64,000 nucleotides of DNA from Octopus sinensis (lineage: Eukaryota), in the NCBI RefSeq assembly GCF_006345805.1, contig NC_043012.1, forward strand, positions 50,468,001-50,532,000. Direction: 5' to 3'. The notes beneath the pieces are model-generated. The model had not been told where the DNA came from. It did no database searches and saw nothing but the letters and a program-made list of their open reading frames with translations. The translations under genes were made by a program, and so were the position numbers. The stretch's first letter is position 1, and the number at the start of each line of letters is the position of its first letter. Shown one piece after another: positions 1-14,149 of this stretch.

Positions 1-515
1 ATTAATTAAATGCCATATGACATATTAGATACACAGTTTCCATAAGTCTCGATCAATGTTTTATGAATTACAATGATGCTCCACTTTATTCAGATTTGTT
101 TACATTGTAATTGATAGTCTTACGTCTTCAAAAAATTGTACTATATTGTATAGATTATATAAAATAGGATTTCTTTATGAACACATACAGAATTCATAAC
201 ATAAAAGCGCTGAACTTAAAATTTTCGCCTATTTCTCACTGATTCATTGCATTAATAAGTGTAATAAAGTAAGGAATACTGCAGATATAATGGTGTCGGC
301 AATTTTATTGGTCGTTTCATTTTAATATGAGACTTTGGTGCAGTTTGATTTTATGAATGTCTCGGATGATATAATTTGGTAGGTTTTGATGTATACTTTA
401 ATGATTACGGAATATTTATCATAATTATGAAATTCTTTGATACAATTAGATTTAAATCTCCCTATGGCGAAATTAACTACATTACTTAATTAATGAAAAT
501 AATAATGGTTAATAT

Positions 516-705
516 TTTGGCACAATTCCACTAAATTCGGAGGAGGGGTTAAGTCGAATACATCGAACCCACTGTTTGACTGGCATTTATTTTATCGGTC
601 GATAATTGATAAGAGACAAAGTCATTCTCGGCAAAGTTTGAACTCAGAACGTAAAAACGGACGAAATGACGCAAAGTATTAGCCCGGTGCTCTAACGAAT
701 GTGCC
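516..705 (-). mobile_element. tRNA-derived SINE, family A
   Basis: Reverse complement has the family-A head (CGTTAGAGCACCGGG...ATTTCGTCCG...GTTCTGAGTTCAAAC, B-box-like) and a GGGTTCGATG core, matching the + copy at 21628. Confidence 0.8.
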
Positions 706-724
706 TTAAAAGTCCTTTCTACTT

Positions 725-908
725 AAGGCTCAAGGCCTGAAAGTTTGGCCGCTCATATCGACTCCAGCGCAAAACTGATACTGATTTCATCGACCCCGAA
801 TGGATGATAGGAAGAGACGATATTTGGAATTTCAAATCAGAATGTGAATTCGGACAAAATCCTGCAAAGCATTTTGCACGGCGTGCTAACGATTCTGCCA
901 GTTGGCTG
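725..908 (-). mobile_element. tRNA-derived SINE, family A (tandem with previous copy)
   Basis: GGCAGAATCGTTAGCACGCCG head on - strand, GGGGTCGATGAAAT core, AGGCCTTGAGCC tail. Confidence 0.8.
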
Positions 909-1699
909 TTATTTACAATTAATCGTGTGAATTTCAGCTTGGAAGTGTAATAAAGTGGAAAGTGCAAAATTTTATCATCATCGTCATCATCCTACGAGCT
1001 GATTAAATATTACTTTTGTTACGAAACTAGAAAACACATTCATAGATTTATATTTAAAATAATTGTTTGAAATAAATAGAATAGAATCCTTCATGTTACT
1101 AGGAAAAAAGCATTTTAATTTGGATTCCTAATACAGAGAAAATCAGCAATTAATAATAAACATTAATGCAGACTTGTGAGGTATGTAGAAATATATATAC
1201 CATAAGTTTAAGTACCTTGTTTACAAAGATAAATCATTAATTAAATTTTAATTGCAGTATTCATTTTCTGTACATGAATATAATGCATTGTTTTGAAATG
1301 TGAATGTAAACATAACCGAAAATTATTACAGACATCTAAAGAAAATATGTGTGTTTAATAAACAGAAGGAAAATATAAGTATCTAAACAAGTGCTAATTG
1401 TAATTATTAACATCATGCTGAGGGGAATAATGTGTTTGCATAGGGAAATTCTTCCATTTTATTTACAAATGAAGTTGTAACTATCCATCGATGGTGCATA
1501 ATGATAGTGATAAATATCTAGTAATGATAGAGTTTTAAGACGTTCATAAATGATGTCAAATTATTATATATTAACATTGTGAAAGTTAAATAATTAATTA
1601 AATTAACATTATCGTAAACATTGTTCTAATTAATGTCATGTTTCCCTCCACGTGACATGCATCTCAACCATTTAGCACTACACAAGATTTTACATATAT

Positions 1700-1751
<52 letters not shown>

Positions 1752-3569
1752 AGCACACACACATATAGATATTTACATATGTATATGTAGGCATATTTAA
1801 ATGTTAGTATATGCGTTTCTTACTGTCTCTGTATAATATATATATACACACATATATACACGCATACACACATACACACAAGCACACACATATATATAAT
1901 ATATATATATATACATATGCGTATGTATGTATGTATGAATATTTGTATGTATGTATGTGTGTACCTAATGTATGTGTATGCGTGTGTGTATAGTAAGTGA
2001 GAGCAGAACGAGTGGAAGGGAAAGAAAGAATGTCTGTGTTTGCACATATATATTTGTGTGTTCATAAATAATACAATTATTATTTCTTTGTTAAATTTGG
2101 AGTTTACAAGATGACTCTTCCTTATGAGAGCCAATAACGAAACTATTCGACAGCAACTGAATAATATATGAAGGCCTACTTAGTATTTTAAGCAAGTGTA
2201 ATTTTTTTTCCTTCCAGACAAATGTTTCCGTTTTAGATATAACGGCGGATGAATTTCAACAAATATATTTATTTTTAACGAGCTACAAAGATGTACGTCC
2301 GGCTGAATGTCGGTTTTTTTTAATAAATATACGAAGCTCAAGAAACAATGCAAATTGTCGAAGCATTGAATCTTAACAAAGATCTTTTCTTTCGAATATT
2401 TATCCTTTATTTACGTACTATATTCGACATAACACCTTTTGGAACAAAACTTTTTTTTATATATCTAATCACACTGCCTCTGGCTCCCACTGAATTTTAC
2501 AAATAATATGATAATAGCTTAAGCCGAATAAGAAGATCATTGGACGAATGTTATTTATTTTTTATGTATTTATGCTCATTGTTTATTTGTTAGTTATTTA
2601 TTTGCATTATTTTCATGTCATCGGTAAAAAAAATTACGAGAACGACTTTTCAAATTCCGGGCCAATAACATTTGTCCTTGTTATACTGGAGTTCTTCTCA
2701 GGGTCACCATCACTTTTTCAAATTTGTAGATGTGCATAACTGAAAATGTATACGTTATACAACCGTGGTTCTCGTAAATTACTGAATATATCACCCATGA
2801 GCTTTTAATGAAAGGCGTGTCAATAGTATCCGATTTCTTAGACCTTGCACATATTTCTTCTCTATCGAGACAGTGACATTTTGAGATCCTTTAGAGAGTA
2901 AATTTAGGTTAGATTAACATACGTGAACTATAAAGAGAACACGTGATCTACTAAAAATGGAATCCCTCTAGGGTGTCTTTCAATAAATCTGCCTTTTATA
3001 TTATACTGTGTTTAAGCTCATACATACCTACGCATATGCACTCAGACATGTGCATGCACAATCACACACACATACAGAAACAAGTGCGCGCGCATACATA
3101 CACACACATACGCACACAAATACACACATATATAGTACTATATTTAAGAGATGAAGAATTATGTACATTATTTACATTATTTATATTTGATATTTACAAT
3201 TCATATTTGTCCTCATCTTGTTTGTTGTTAACACGACGTTTCGTCTGATATACCCTCCAGCCTTCATATCTGCACTCGGTCTGCTTCGGAGGTTGTTTTA
3301 ACTTCATCCCATAGAGGGAGGTGGACTCCTTTTTCCATACACGATGAAAAAAAAATGAAGACCAGCTTTCCCTGTGTGTGTGTGGGTGGGGGTTAAAATA
3401 TTAGACAGAGAAAACCACTGGAAAATACGAAAACTAAAAGAAGCAGCACATATGCCAGGACACAACAACCTCCTAAGCAGATCTAGTGCAGGTAGGAATA
3501 GCATATGGGAACCGGTATTAAGGAAGGATAGGAAAATATTAGATTTGTAAGCCCTAAAATTCATTCCAT

Positions 3570-3608
3570 AATCCCAAGATTCCGAGTTCGATTCCAGAGA
3601 CTTGAATA

Positions 3609-3661
<53 letters not shown>

Positions 3662-3875
3662 TAATAATAATAATGATAATAATAATAATAATGATGATAA
3701 TAATAATAATAATAATGATAATAATAATAATAAAATCGAAAAATATCTTAGGAATGAGAACCCAATTTCTAAATTTCCCCAGGACTCCTGATGAAGCCTG
3801 GAGGGTATATCAGCTGAAACGTTGTTTTAACAACAAACAAGTTCAGGACAAATATCCGTCAAATGTAAATAATGC
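3570..3875 (+). mobile_element. Composite element: truncated tRNA head + (AAT)n + hammerhead-containing PLE-like tail (copy 1)
   Basis: B-box GAGTTCGATTCC 3584-3595, (AAT)n about 3605-3735, then a tail homologous to 12675-12800 with CTGATGA (3788-3794) and GAAAC (3816-3820). Confidence 0.75.
3783..3828 (+). ncRNA. Degenerate minimal type I hammerhead ribozyme motif
   Basis: CTGATGA-A-GCCTGGA/TCAGCT-GAAA-CG-TT; core intact, stems I and II mismatched. Confidence 0.6.
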
Positions 3876-4089
3876 ACACACATATATATTCATATATAAC
3901 AACGGCAATAATAAGAACCGATATAAATTTATATATCATAAGTCCAGTGTTGGTACACAAGATCGGAAACTCTATCTGTACTATACATTTAAGAGAAGAA
4001 TGAGATACAGCGTCCCTCGAAGGGTTTATTGACAGCATCTTAGAGAAGGTGTATATGGTTTGCTTCCGCAATATACAGTACAGGCCAAT

Positions 4090-4300
4090 TGCTTATCAAT
4101 ATGTTATGAATTAGGTTAATCTGAATAGAGGACTATTGTAGAGGGCTAAAAAGACAGCGTTTTGAAGATTTGAAGGTATGAGGACAGAGTGATTAGTAGA
4201 CATGTGGAGCAAATCTGGCTGAGTATAATGTTTAGTAGAAGGGGAGATAATGTAGTAGGGCTAGAAGGAGGAAGTGGTAAGATGTTTACATTTGAAGAAA
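4090..4300 (-). mobile_element. Possible L1/Tx1-like RT remnant
   Basis: Minus frame gives ...PTTLSPLLLNIILSQI..., resembling the L1 RT LSPLLFNIVLE block; stops nearby. Confidence 0.25.
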
Positions 4301-6700
4301 ACACTAGCATCTCTGATAAAGAAGAAATTTTAGTTAAGATTTGGAAGTCTCTAATGAAAAATGTATAGAATGCTTGATTAAGTCAATAATTTCAAACGTA
4401 CTCTTTTGTCGGATCTATCTATATATATATATATAAAGATAGATATAGATATACCTATTTTCATATAATGGTCATCATATGCCAAATGTCAATTTTCAAA
4501 TCGCGACACTAAAATCCAACTGCTATAATATCAACTAAATAATGGCTCTTCAAAAATTTAATTCTTCTACTATTAAATTTCTAAACATTCGTCTATAGTG
4601 TTTTAAACCTACATATCTATATACATAATTCTTAAATCATTACTTAGACATTTGTCTGTAAACGTGTATTTAGTTCTTAATATTAACATCACTACCAGCA
4701 ACAACAAAACCATCAATAAGACTTATGCAGTTCTAGCAGATAATATCTTGTAAATTACGCTGTATATGGGATGATTCACATTTTAGGTTTTCTTCAGTAG
4801 TCACTCTTAACACATATTCTAATTTTCTTTTGTAATATACGTATGTATATATATATATATATCAAAATATTGCTCTTGGTCTCCTCCCAAATAGCAGTTC
4901 CCTCCCTTTTCACATCTCTTCGCACTCACACTAATAAAAATACAAGTTGTTCCTCCTCTTCTCTACCTTCTCAAACATTCAGTATTATTTTCGTGTGTCT
5001 CTCTCTCCTATAATTTCTCTATATGGATGATGAATAAAAAAAGCGTTCCTCCCTTACCTTACACTAGCGATTGGTCTCCCTCCTTCGCTTTCACACCTTC
5101 AGCATTTTCAACACTTTCACTGCAACATTTTCAAACAGATTTCTCACCCTCCTAGTTTTCCTTTTTGTCCCGTCACTTTGCCTCTTCTTCTTCCAGCACC
5201 ATGGCACTTTCCTCCTACCATTACCTATTCATACCTTTTTCCAACCATTCACCGGCCGAATCTATATAAGTAGTATAATTCTTTAATTTCTGAAACATAA
5301 CCATTTTGATGATGTTCAGGTAACGAACACATTACTGATACGAAAGCGGTCATATTTTAAGTCAATTAATAAATTTGTGGGTGCCTAGGTGTAATGTGTA
5401 TGATCTGTGTCGCAATGGGGTGCGTAAAACAGGATTTCAATACAGAAATGACAAACATGAATGTCAATGTTGTGAAGCATTTCGTCGCAGTTATTCGTTA
5501 TCGTCCACTAACTTACGTAAGATTACCAATTTCTCTGCACAGTTTTATTTCGAATATCCCGTGTCAAGCTTCAACTTACATCGAGGAGAGAAGAATAAGT
5601 GTGAAAACTACCTTTGTTCACAATATAGGCCAAATTTATCGCTTAAATATCTTATAATATATCGTCTAACACTGAATTTGTCAAAGTTAAGATATAAATG
5701 TATATAAATATCAGGGGAAATGACAGAGACTTTAATCGATTGCAGAATGTGCTAGAAAGAACAGCCACATCTGTCTCAGCGTCATTATTAGTAAGCATTT
5801 CATAAATTATCGGCTTCATGGAATGAGACAAAATTATTACAACAGCATCTTTCAAGAACATTTAAATTTGCTTTCGTATATATTGATAAATTGTTTTCAT
5901 ACATTTTTATAGATTTCAGGAAGGAAATGGGATGAACACTGATTCACAAGCTCACCGACGAAGAAGAGTTTTGTTAACAACAGTAAGGCGAAAGTAAGCT
6001 AAATATTCGCTCGAATGGTACTTAAATACCAGCCTAAACTACGTTGATTTAAACTCCTTCCTATCAAAATAGAAGACTACATGGGAAAATACAGATACTA
6101 TGACATTCAAAGAGACTAGATAGTCACGGCTGGAAGACCTTTGCTCAACTCGACTAAAATGGTTTAGGAAATTCAACATTATCACCACCAACAGAACAAT
6201 AGTATTCATCTGGACCAAACAATAAAAAAGAAATTAGCTTTCATATTGAAAAAGTTTGTTTAAGGTATCTACCCAACTTTCAATTTATATATGTAGTAAG
6301 TAACGTGTAAAGGGATATGATTATGAATTATTAAAATATGAAGAAAAACAAATATAAAAAAGGAATACGTGTCAGTAAAAGTGTTTCATTCTGCAGCCAT
6401 ATAATTACTATTAAAATGACGTCAATATTTTTTGCTTTGTTCTATTACTTCATGTTATTTCTTATGGTGAAAACAGAAAAAAAAAGAGAAAAAGAAAAGA
6501 AAAAAGAGAGGCACATTAAAACGCTCGCAATAAAAGCAGACTTGAAATATCACAATAAAGTATTTCTTTTGTTGTCTATGCAGTGTATTACACACAATTA
6601 AAACAAACACACACATATACATAAATGTGATGGGGGTTTATCATATGTACATACATGTATATATGCATATATATATATATGTATAAATATATGCATGCAA

Positions 6701-6740
<40 letters not shown>

Positions 6741-6957
6741 AATAATATATGGATATATATCCGCATGTAGAAGTAAGCTCCTAGATGCATAACAAGATGG
6801 AAGTATAATACTCAAATACCAAAGGTAGAATAATGTTCTATTAATATAATATTTACTTAAACTGAAAAAGATCTGAACAAACTTCTACAGAGAGCTCCAT
6901 GGGACCGTTTGCCAGACACTTTCCCAAATGCACACACAGATATATATATATATATAT

Positions 6958-7022
<65 letters not shown>

Positions 7023-7032
7023 GTGTATATGC

Positions 7033-7087
<55 letters not shown>

Positions 7088-7412
7088 CTTTTATTCTTTG
7101 ACTGCAGCCATGCAGGAGCACTGCTTTTACTTGAACAAATCGACCCCATGACTTATTCTTTGTAAGCCAAGTATTTATTCCATCGGTTGGCAAGCGATGT
7201 TGGGGAACAAACACACACATACAAACATACATACATACACAGACAGACATACACACATATGTATGTGTATATATATATATACGACGGGCTTATTTCAGTT
7301 TCCGCCCACTCAACGATTTGCTGGTTAGAGGCAATAGTAGAAGACAGTTTTTTAGGCTGCCATGCAATGGGACTGAACCAAGAACCATGTGCTACTTACC
7401 ACATAGCGACTC
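7088..7412 (-). mobile_element. tRNA-derived SINE, family B (internal microsatellite)
   Basis: GTGGTAAGTAGC...GGTTCAGTCCCA head, GAAACTGAAATAAGCCCGTC, GAATAAGTCATGGGGTCGATTTG and CTCCTGCATGGCTGCAGTC, homologous to 16220-16600. Confidence 0.85.
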
Positions 7413-8086
7413 ATATAGTCACTATATACAGTCACTACTATATATATATATGCATATATACATTCAGATACGTAAATATACATTATACATGTATATTATA
7501 TATGTGTGTGTGTGTGTGTGTATTCCTGCATGCATGTATGTGTATTTATATATATATATACACACACACATATATATGTATGTATGTACATGGTACCTGC
7601 AGGAGAAATATGTTTAAAAAGGGAAAAGACAAGAAAAGATAAGAAACCGATTAAGTTTCGACAAGATATATGACAATAACTGAAAAATATTTAGCTCCAT
7701 TTTCAGAAGCCTTAGATAAATATATACCTTAATATTATACATTAGGGTTGTTACATTTGAATTTGAATTGTGGTGTATTTGTGCATCACATATTGAAATG
7801 TCGCACCTATTTACTAATAACATTTGTCTAAGAAATTCAGTTAGTTGATATTCGTTTTCTTCTGGAGCGGGGTGGGTCACAATATTTATTAGATCTTCTT
7901 TGTCGGTGGTCGTTATTGTCTCTCCGCTCGACATAATATCTAGTTTTCATTTACGATGTAACACTGATATAAATACATACATACATACATACATATATAT
8001 GTATATATATGTACTTATATATTTATTAGAATTTTATGTATATGCATATATATATATATGCATGTATATCCATATATATATGTATG

Positions 8087-8135
<49 letters not shown>

Positions 8136-8689
8136 ATTTATATATATATATATACATATATACATTCATACATATTTATATGTATGTGTATTAAAGTGAG
8201 TATTTAAGATCGTTCCATGTGAGAGCATATTTATTTATGTATCTGTGTGTAGTTGATGCGGGTTTAAACCTGTATATGAATGTGTGTATACATATTTGCA
8301 TAAATATATACTATGTACGTATGTATAAACTCACACGCACACATACACACACACATATATATGTGTTATGTATGTATAAGAATTGCATTTCCGAACATGA
8401 AAGGTTTTTACTATATGTACCGTTCAATAATTGCGACATTATAAAATGAATCTCAAATGTAATAATACTGTTTTAAGAAAGAAGGAAATAATAAAAGAAA
8501 GAATGAACGGAGGAAGGAAAGTAGGAAAGAAAGAAATAAAAATGTCGCAATAGAAACACGAACAAAGCGAGATATAACAACAATAACAAGAGAGAAAAAA
8601 AAAACTAAAAGTTACTTTCATAATTCTAATCTGATTTTATGAGAAATGTGTATATACTTATATCTATATACCTCTATAAACATACATGC

Positions 8690-8735
<46 letters not shown>

Positions 8736-9899
8736 GCATATGTGTGTGTGACTGTGTGTATAATGTGTTTATATATTCTCATTACCATTATTTTTATTAT
8801 CATTATTGTTGTTGTTGTGGCTGTTGTTAGTAGTAGAGTTGTAGTTATTATATGTATGTATTACGAGAAAGCTACGGAGGAAGAGTAAGGGCAACAGACA
8901 AATATATGTATGTATATTGATTACTCCTCAAATAAAATGTTCGAGGGGAAGAAATAGGGAGACATATAAAACATGAAATATGATGGCGTGACTGATGGAA
9001 TTGGTAAAACAAATATCTTTGGGCTTGAACACAAAAGCAGATTCCATATTATTATGAATATTTTATACTTTATTCCATTAGACTATTTTTGTGAAGCAAT
9101 AATTTTCTTTATGGTTTTCATATGTAGATATGTTTCTAATTTATATTTAAGATTCTTTCTTCGTAAGGTCAATTCTCCCTACACTTTGTCATTAGTTTTT
9201 AGGTTCAGTACATGAAGAATATCTTTACCGCATATTTATGCCATGTATTCTTCGTTTCAAGTTGGACAATCTTTTCCCATTTATTATTTTTTCTCTTTAG
9301 AATATTGCATTGTTTCAGATAGACGCCAACTGTTCTGGAATCAATATATTCAACGTAATTGTATATTTGGTTTTCAAGATATATATGTGTGTGTATGTGT
9401 GTGTGTATGCGTTTATATAATATAGCATAATATATGTATAATATAATATATTATATATATGTATATACATATATATATATATATATTATACATATCTGCG
9501 TTCATATATGTATATATAGTTAAATTTGCGCAAACACTACACAGTCTTACATGATTTCATATATATAATTTTTGTATCGACTTTGAGCCTTAGTAATGTT
9601 CCAATGCTACTGGAAAGTTGTGGCTGTGTTTGTTTCTATTCCCAGCCGTATTACTTTCGTAAATCAATGATGATTCTGATGTAATGTATATTATATTTAA
9701 ACCTTTTGCAGGCTTTCGGCGTGTCTTATGTTACATTAGTCTGAATATAAAATACAAATATAGATTTCTCGTTAGATATATATAATTTTGATAGTTAAAA
9801 TTTGCTTATGTATCAAGATTAGTTGAATAGAACATAAACATTTGAAGTTTCCCTCGTATATGAATATACGGATATGGAGCTACGGATTTGATTTTTCTT

Positions 9900-11600
9900 A
9901 GTCGAAATTAATAGGAATATAAAGTTTAAAACATCAACTAGCATTCAAGTTAGTTATTCACTCCTGGCATAAGGGCTTTTAAATGCCTTCAATACACACT
10001 GACTTGAGTCTCTGATAAACTGCCGTTTCCGAGTTAGTTACACATTTTTTCCGACAATTTGCCTCTATTTTTATTCACAAATGAAAATATAATTAGATTC
10101 TACCCTCAACTTTCATTATAAATAGCTGTGTCTATGCATATATTAATTTTCCTTTCCAATTCACTGCCTCTCTCATTTGAATAATAATCCAAAGGAAGAA
10201 AAGTCTTCCGGTTATTTTGGCCGAAAATCTCATCCTCTGGTTCTACAAAAGACATAGGTTTCTTCTCCGATCACTGAACACCTTAAATCATAAATGATTC
10301 TTCGCGAAATTCTTTTTCAGAAAATATCTATTTCATTGAAGACATAATTTTCATGGAATACCACAATTTAATTTTACCCTTCACCGGTGAACTCAATGTA
10401 CGTTTGTTTCTTCTTTTTTATCTTTGGCTGTCACATACATCAAATACTGATGACCATATGAGAAGCTAATTATAGAATTCTATCGCTCTCCGCAACTCTA
10501 CGCCATATATTTCCCTCCACCTACACATGCATTTTCTGCCTATACACGTACTCGGTGAAACCATCCCTCTATATAAAGATTTTTGTCTACTAGACTGCTG
10601 GATCAGCGTCACTACATAAAATACATCTACTTAATATGCAGTGTCTCCCATTTCACTAAAGCCATGATATCATAGATCAGCTGAATTGTTGTAGTTCAGA
10701 CAGCTGTTGCTGACTATTCTTGGAGGCAGATGCACATTACCTCAGAGAAGCCTACAAGTCTTAAAGTTAGTTCAGTTATGAATATACACCAAAATTTCGT
10801 AATAACAATGGCGGTGTATAAACGTTCGACAAAATAACACAATTCTACTCAGCGCAATAACTAGTAGAAGACAATCATCTGAAAGGTGTTCCGATTCCCA
10901 AAGTATGTACATTCTTTAATCATAATGTTTGTTTATTCTGTACACTTCCTAATAATGTTTCACGCTTTGTAAACATTTTGCCTCACACCAAATATTGCTT
11001 ATGTTAGATAAATCACAAACGAAAGTATACGCTTTTCTTTTACCAGCTAGGCTCACCTCCATGAACACACAAATGCCACGCGTGAAGCTACTCCAGTCAT
11101 ATCAAACCAATGAGTACGTCATTCCTTCCGCTTCCATCACTAATATTTGCTTTAAATCTTGTATTCGATCCCATCCTCACAAAACTCTCTCTCTTTCTGT
11201 CTCTCCCCTCTTTTTTCCTGTTTCTGTATGTTAAAATATTCACTGTATCGCTGAAGAAAAGCTGACTAATCTTTCAGACTATTGTTTAACGACAATCATC
11301 TGTAAAGTCCCAAGCTGGACACACCCATTATTAATTGCAGCCTTCACTGCTTGAAATTCTCTCACTATTTTCTGTTCTGAAAAAATAAAACCTTTTTCTA
11401 TGGACTTTGTCACATATGTCCTTCGATATCGGTTCTGGCACACAAATTATAAGACCTATATCTCTCGTCTCTCTTAGATTGCTGTCTTCACGTTAAATGA
11501 TGCCAGCATAATACGTCTCAGGAGTTTCATTTGATCCACATTCTTTCAATTTCAGTATTTGTTGAGTCTGACGTATACATCATTTTATGTATCAACAACC
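9900..11600 (-). mobile_element. Highly decayed RTE-like LINE remnant
   Basis: Frameshifted minus-strand peptides (EDFSSFG..ERGSELERKINICIDTAI) resemble the RTE post-YADD region; no intact ORF. Confidence 0.3.
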
Positions 11601-12489
11601 TAATTATTATCAACCACAACACCCACACAGACATAAATTTCACATCAGTGATATCTCCAATTCTCTTTTGCTAAGAGTCATTAATATAGAATATATTCAC
11701 ATCGCTCTACACACTGTCTCGGAATAATACACAAATATAGTGAAATTATAAAATGAATAGTTCAGCCTAGGCATAAAACAGAATGGTTATGTTTTGAATT
11801 GTAGACATATTTTACAAGTGCTGACGGGAGAGGCTAAACAATTCGAATATTACATGCGAGTGGTCATTGCCGAGGCATATAAAAAAAATCGGTGCATGGC
11901 AAAATAAAGCAAATATAATATATTCCTCAACCAATTAGAAAGGAAAGCAAATTGTAACTCGAATTCTGAAGTGCTCAAGTGCTAGAATTTACCATTATTG
12001 AGAATCGGTCTCGTAAAATATATATCTTTAGCATACCCTAAAGCTTTTATCACGTAGACTGATATTCTTCAGCATCTTATATTACTCCAGCGCCAAAAAA
12101 AAAAACAACCAAATGTGTACAGGTATCAGGTGCACACCTAAATGGAAACCTGTGTCTGTATCTGCCAGGCAGGCAGGGAAGCGATATTTTAAGCTGACTA
12201 CGGAGATATGTTTTGAGTCCTATAAGCTAAATCCATTCACAAACGCACAGCAATAGAAAGGCTGTTTTTTCTACCTGTCTACTCTGACTGGAATGCCTTC
12301 TGCTTCCGCAAGCTTGCCTATTCTGCTGATTAAGGGTAAAGTAGAAGGATATTTCTCAAGATTAATATGGTGTCCCTGATACATATTGGAGCTTAACATC
12401 CCTGAAGCTAGATAAGATGTGCTCGATAAACAGAGACTAAGATTCATTGTTCTGACAAAGTAAACTAGGCTTCGTTGTTTTCGACTGCG

Positions 12490-12584
12490 ATTCCATGTGG
12501 TGTAGTGGTTGAGAGCGCGGGCTGCTAACGGCAAGATTCCGAGTTTCATTCCAGGCAGTGACCTGAATAATAATAGGAATAATA

Positions 12585-12659
<75 letters not shown>

Positions 12660-12845
12660 CAACAACAACAACAACATCGAAAAAAACTCAGGAAATGAGA
12701 ACCCAGGGTTGAAATTTCCCTAAGACATCTGATGAAGTCTGGAGGGTATATCAGCCGAAACAAAATAAGGACAAATATCCGTCATTTGTAAATAATGTAA
12801 ATAAATAATGTACATAATTCCTCATCTCTTAAATATAGAACTGTA
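12490..12845 (+). mobile_element. Composite element: tRNA head + (AAT)n + hammerhead-containing PLE-like tail (copy 2)
   Basis: A-box TGGTGTAGTGG 12498-12508, B-box-like GAGTTTCATTCC 12541-12552, (AAT)n/(AAC)n 12567-12675, CTGATGA 12729-12735, GAAAC 12757-12761. Confidence 0.8.
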
Positions 12846-12889
12846 TCTCTGTATTTGTACATACATACATACATAGATAAGTGTATATT

Positions 12890-12952
<63 letters not shown>

Positions 12953-12974
12953 TCTTAACTAATAAGTGTTCTAC

Positions 12975-13212
12975 CATAACCAGATGGGATGTCTCCTAGT
13001 GGCTGACGATATGTGCATCTGTGATCACGACCAGACGTAGTGGGTGAACATCATAGCCATATGTTTGAGGAATTCTTTGGCGTTTGGATAATTCACCTCT
13101 GGAATAATGGGTGTTTCTTTCAACATACTTAAACAACCCTTGTACAGGGACCTTTTGTGCGTGATGAGCTACTCGACCTAAAAAAATTCTAATATGGCCC
13201 CATCTGCAAAGC
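12975..13212 (-). mobile_element. (AAT)n-associated interspersed repeat, family D (partial)
   Basis: TAGTGGCTGACGATATGTGCATC...CATCATAGCCAT... is shared with 22622-23060 and in part with 28760-29092. Confidence 0.75.
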
Positions 13213-13401
13213 CATCCGTTGTTAATTTTCCTATGAGATCAACATGTGTGTGTGCATATATATATACATGTACATGTGTGCGTGCGTGTGTAAGTGAACA
13301 TGTGTTTGTGCATGTAAATATATACACACACGCACACATATCTATATCTATCTATTTTTCTATCTATCTATTATCTATCTATCTATTTATCTATCTATAT
13401 A

Positions 13402-13470
<69 letters not shown>

Positions 13471-13590
13471 TATAATATATATATATATGCATGTATATAT
13501 ACTTATGCACAAGTCTGTGCATAAGTAAGGAGTTTCATTCTTCTAAGATGATTTCGCACTCTTTCTACGACGCACAACTTGCATATCCGA

Positions 13591-13778
13591 GGTTCTCCAC
13601 TTGATCGTTGTGGTTTGCTGTTGGTCTTCAGATCTCATACATGAAAACATTTTTAAAAGATGTTTTGCAAAGCATTAGTCCACTTTCCCCACATTGATAA
13701 GATAACGACACCGCGTTATTTAGCCTTGTATGGGATCTCTCCACCAACAGCACACCACATACAATTAAGTGGAGAACC
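13591..13778. repeat. Imperfect ~51-bp inverted repeat (MITE/foldback-like)
   Basis: 13591-13641 GGTTCTCCACTTGATCGTTGTGG...GATCTCATACA pairs with the reverse complement of 13727-13778. Confidence 0.7.
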
Positions 13779-14149
13779 GTGAAGAAATCCATGCTTCTTG
13801 GAATTGGATCAAATACATGATTATGGTTTCTACACACAAAAGAGAAGAATAATTTTTTTTTCTGTACCTTCTTCACGATTCACGTTTTTTATCAACCTAC
13901 TTCATATTTCTCTTCCTATTTGTTATGTTTTCTCACAGAGCAGCATTTTTGTTTCCAAATTTATGTAGTGGTATCCACTGAACCTGAATGTGTACTTGGA
14001 AACACATGGCATGTTGTATAAATCTGGCATATTACTGTATATCTGCAACATGCACATTTTAATAACTTTGTTTTAAAATTGTGTACACTAAGTGATATTT
14101 ATCTCTCAGTGGATAGAGTAATTTTTCTTCACCCTAACTATAAGTTAAG

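Noticed and set aside
12498-12560. Possible tRNA-Ser(GCT) gene
   Set aside because: The cloverleaf is incomplete and lacks a long variable arm; it is the head of a repeated composite element.
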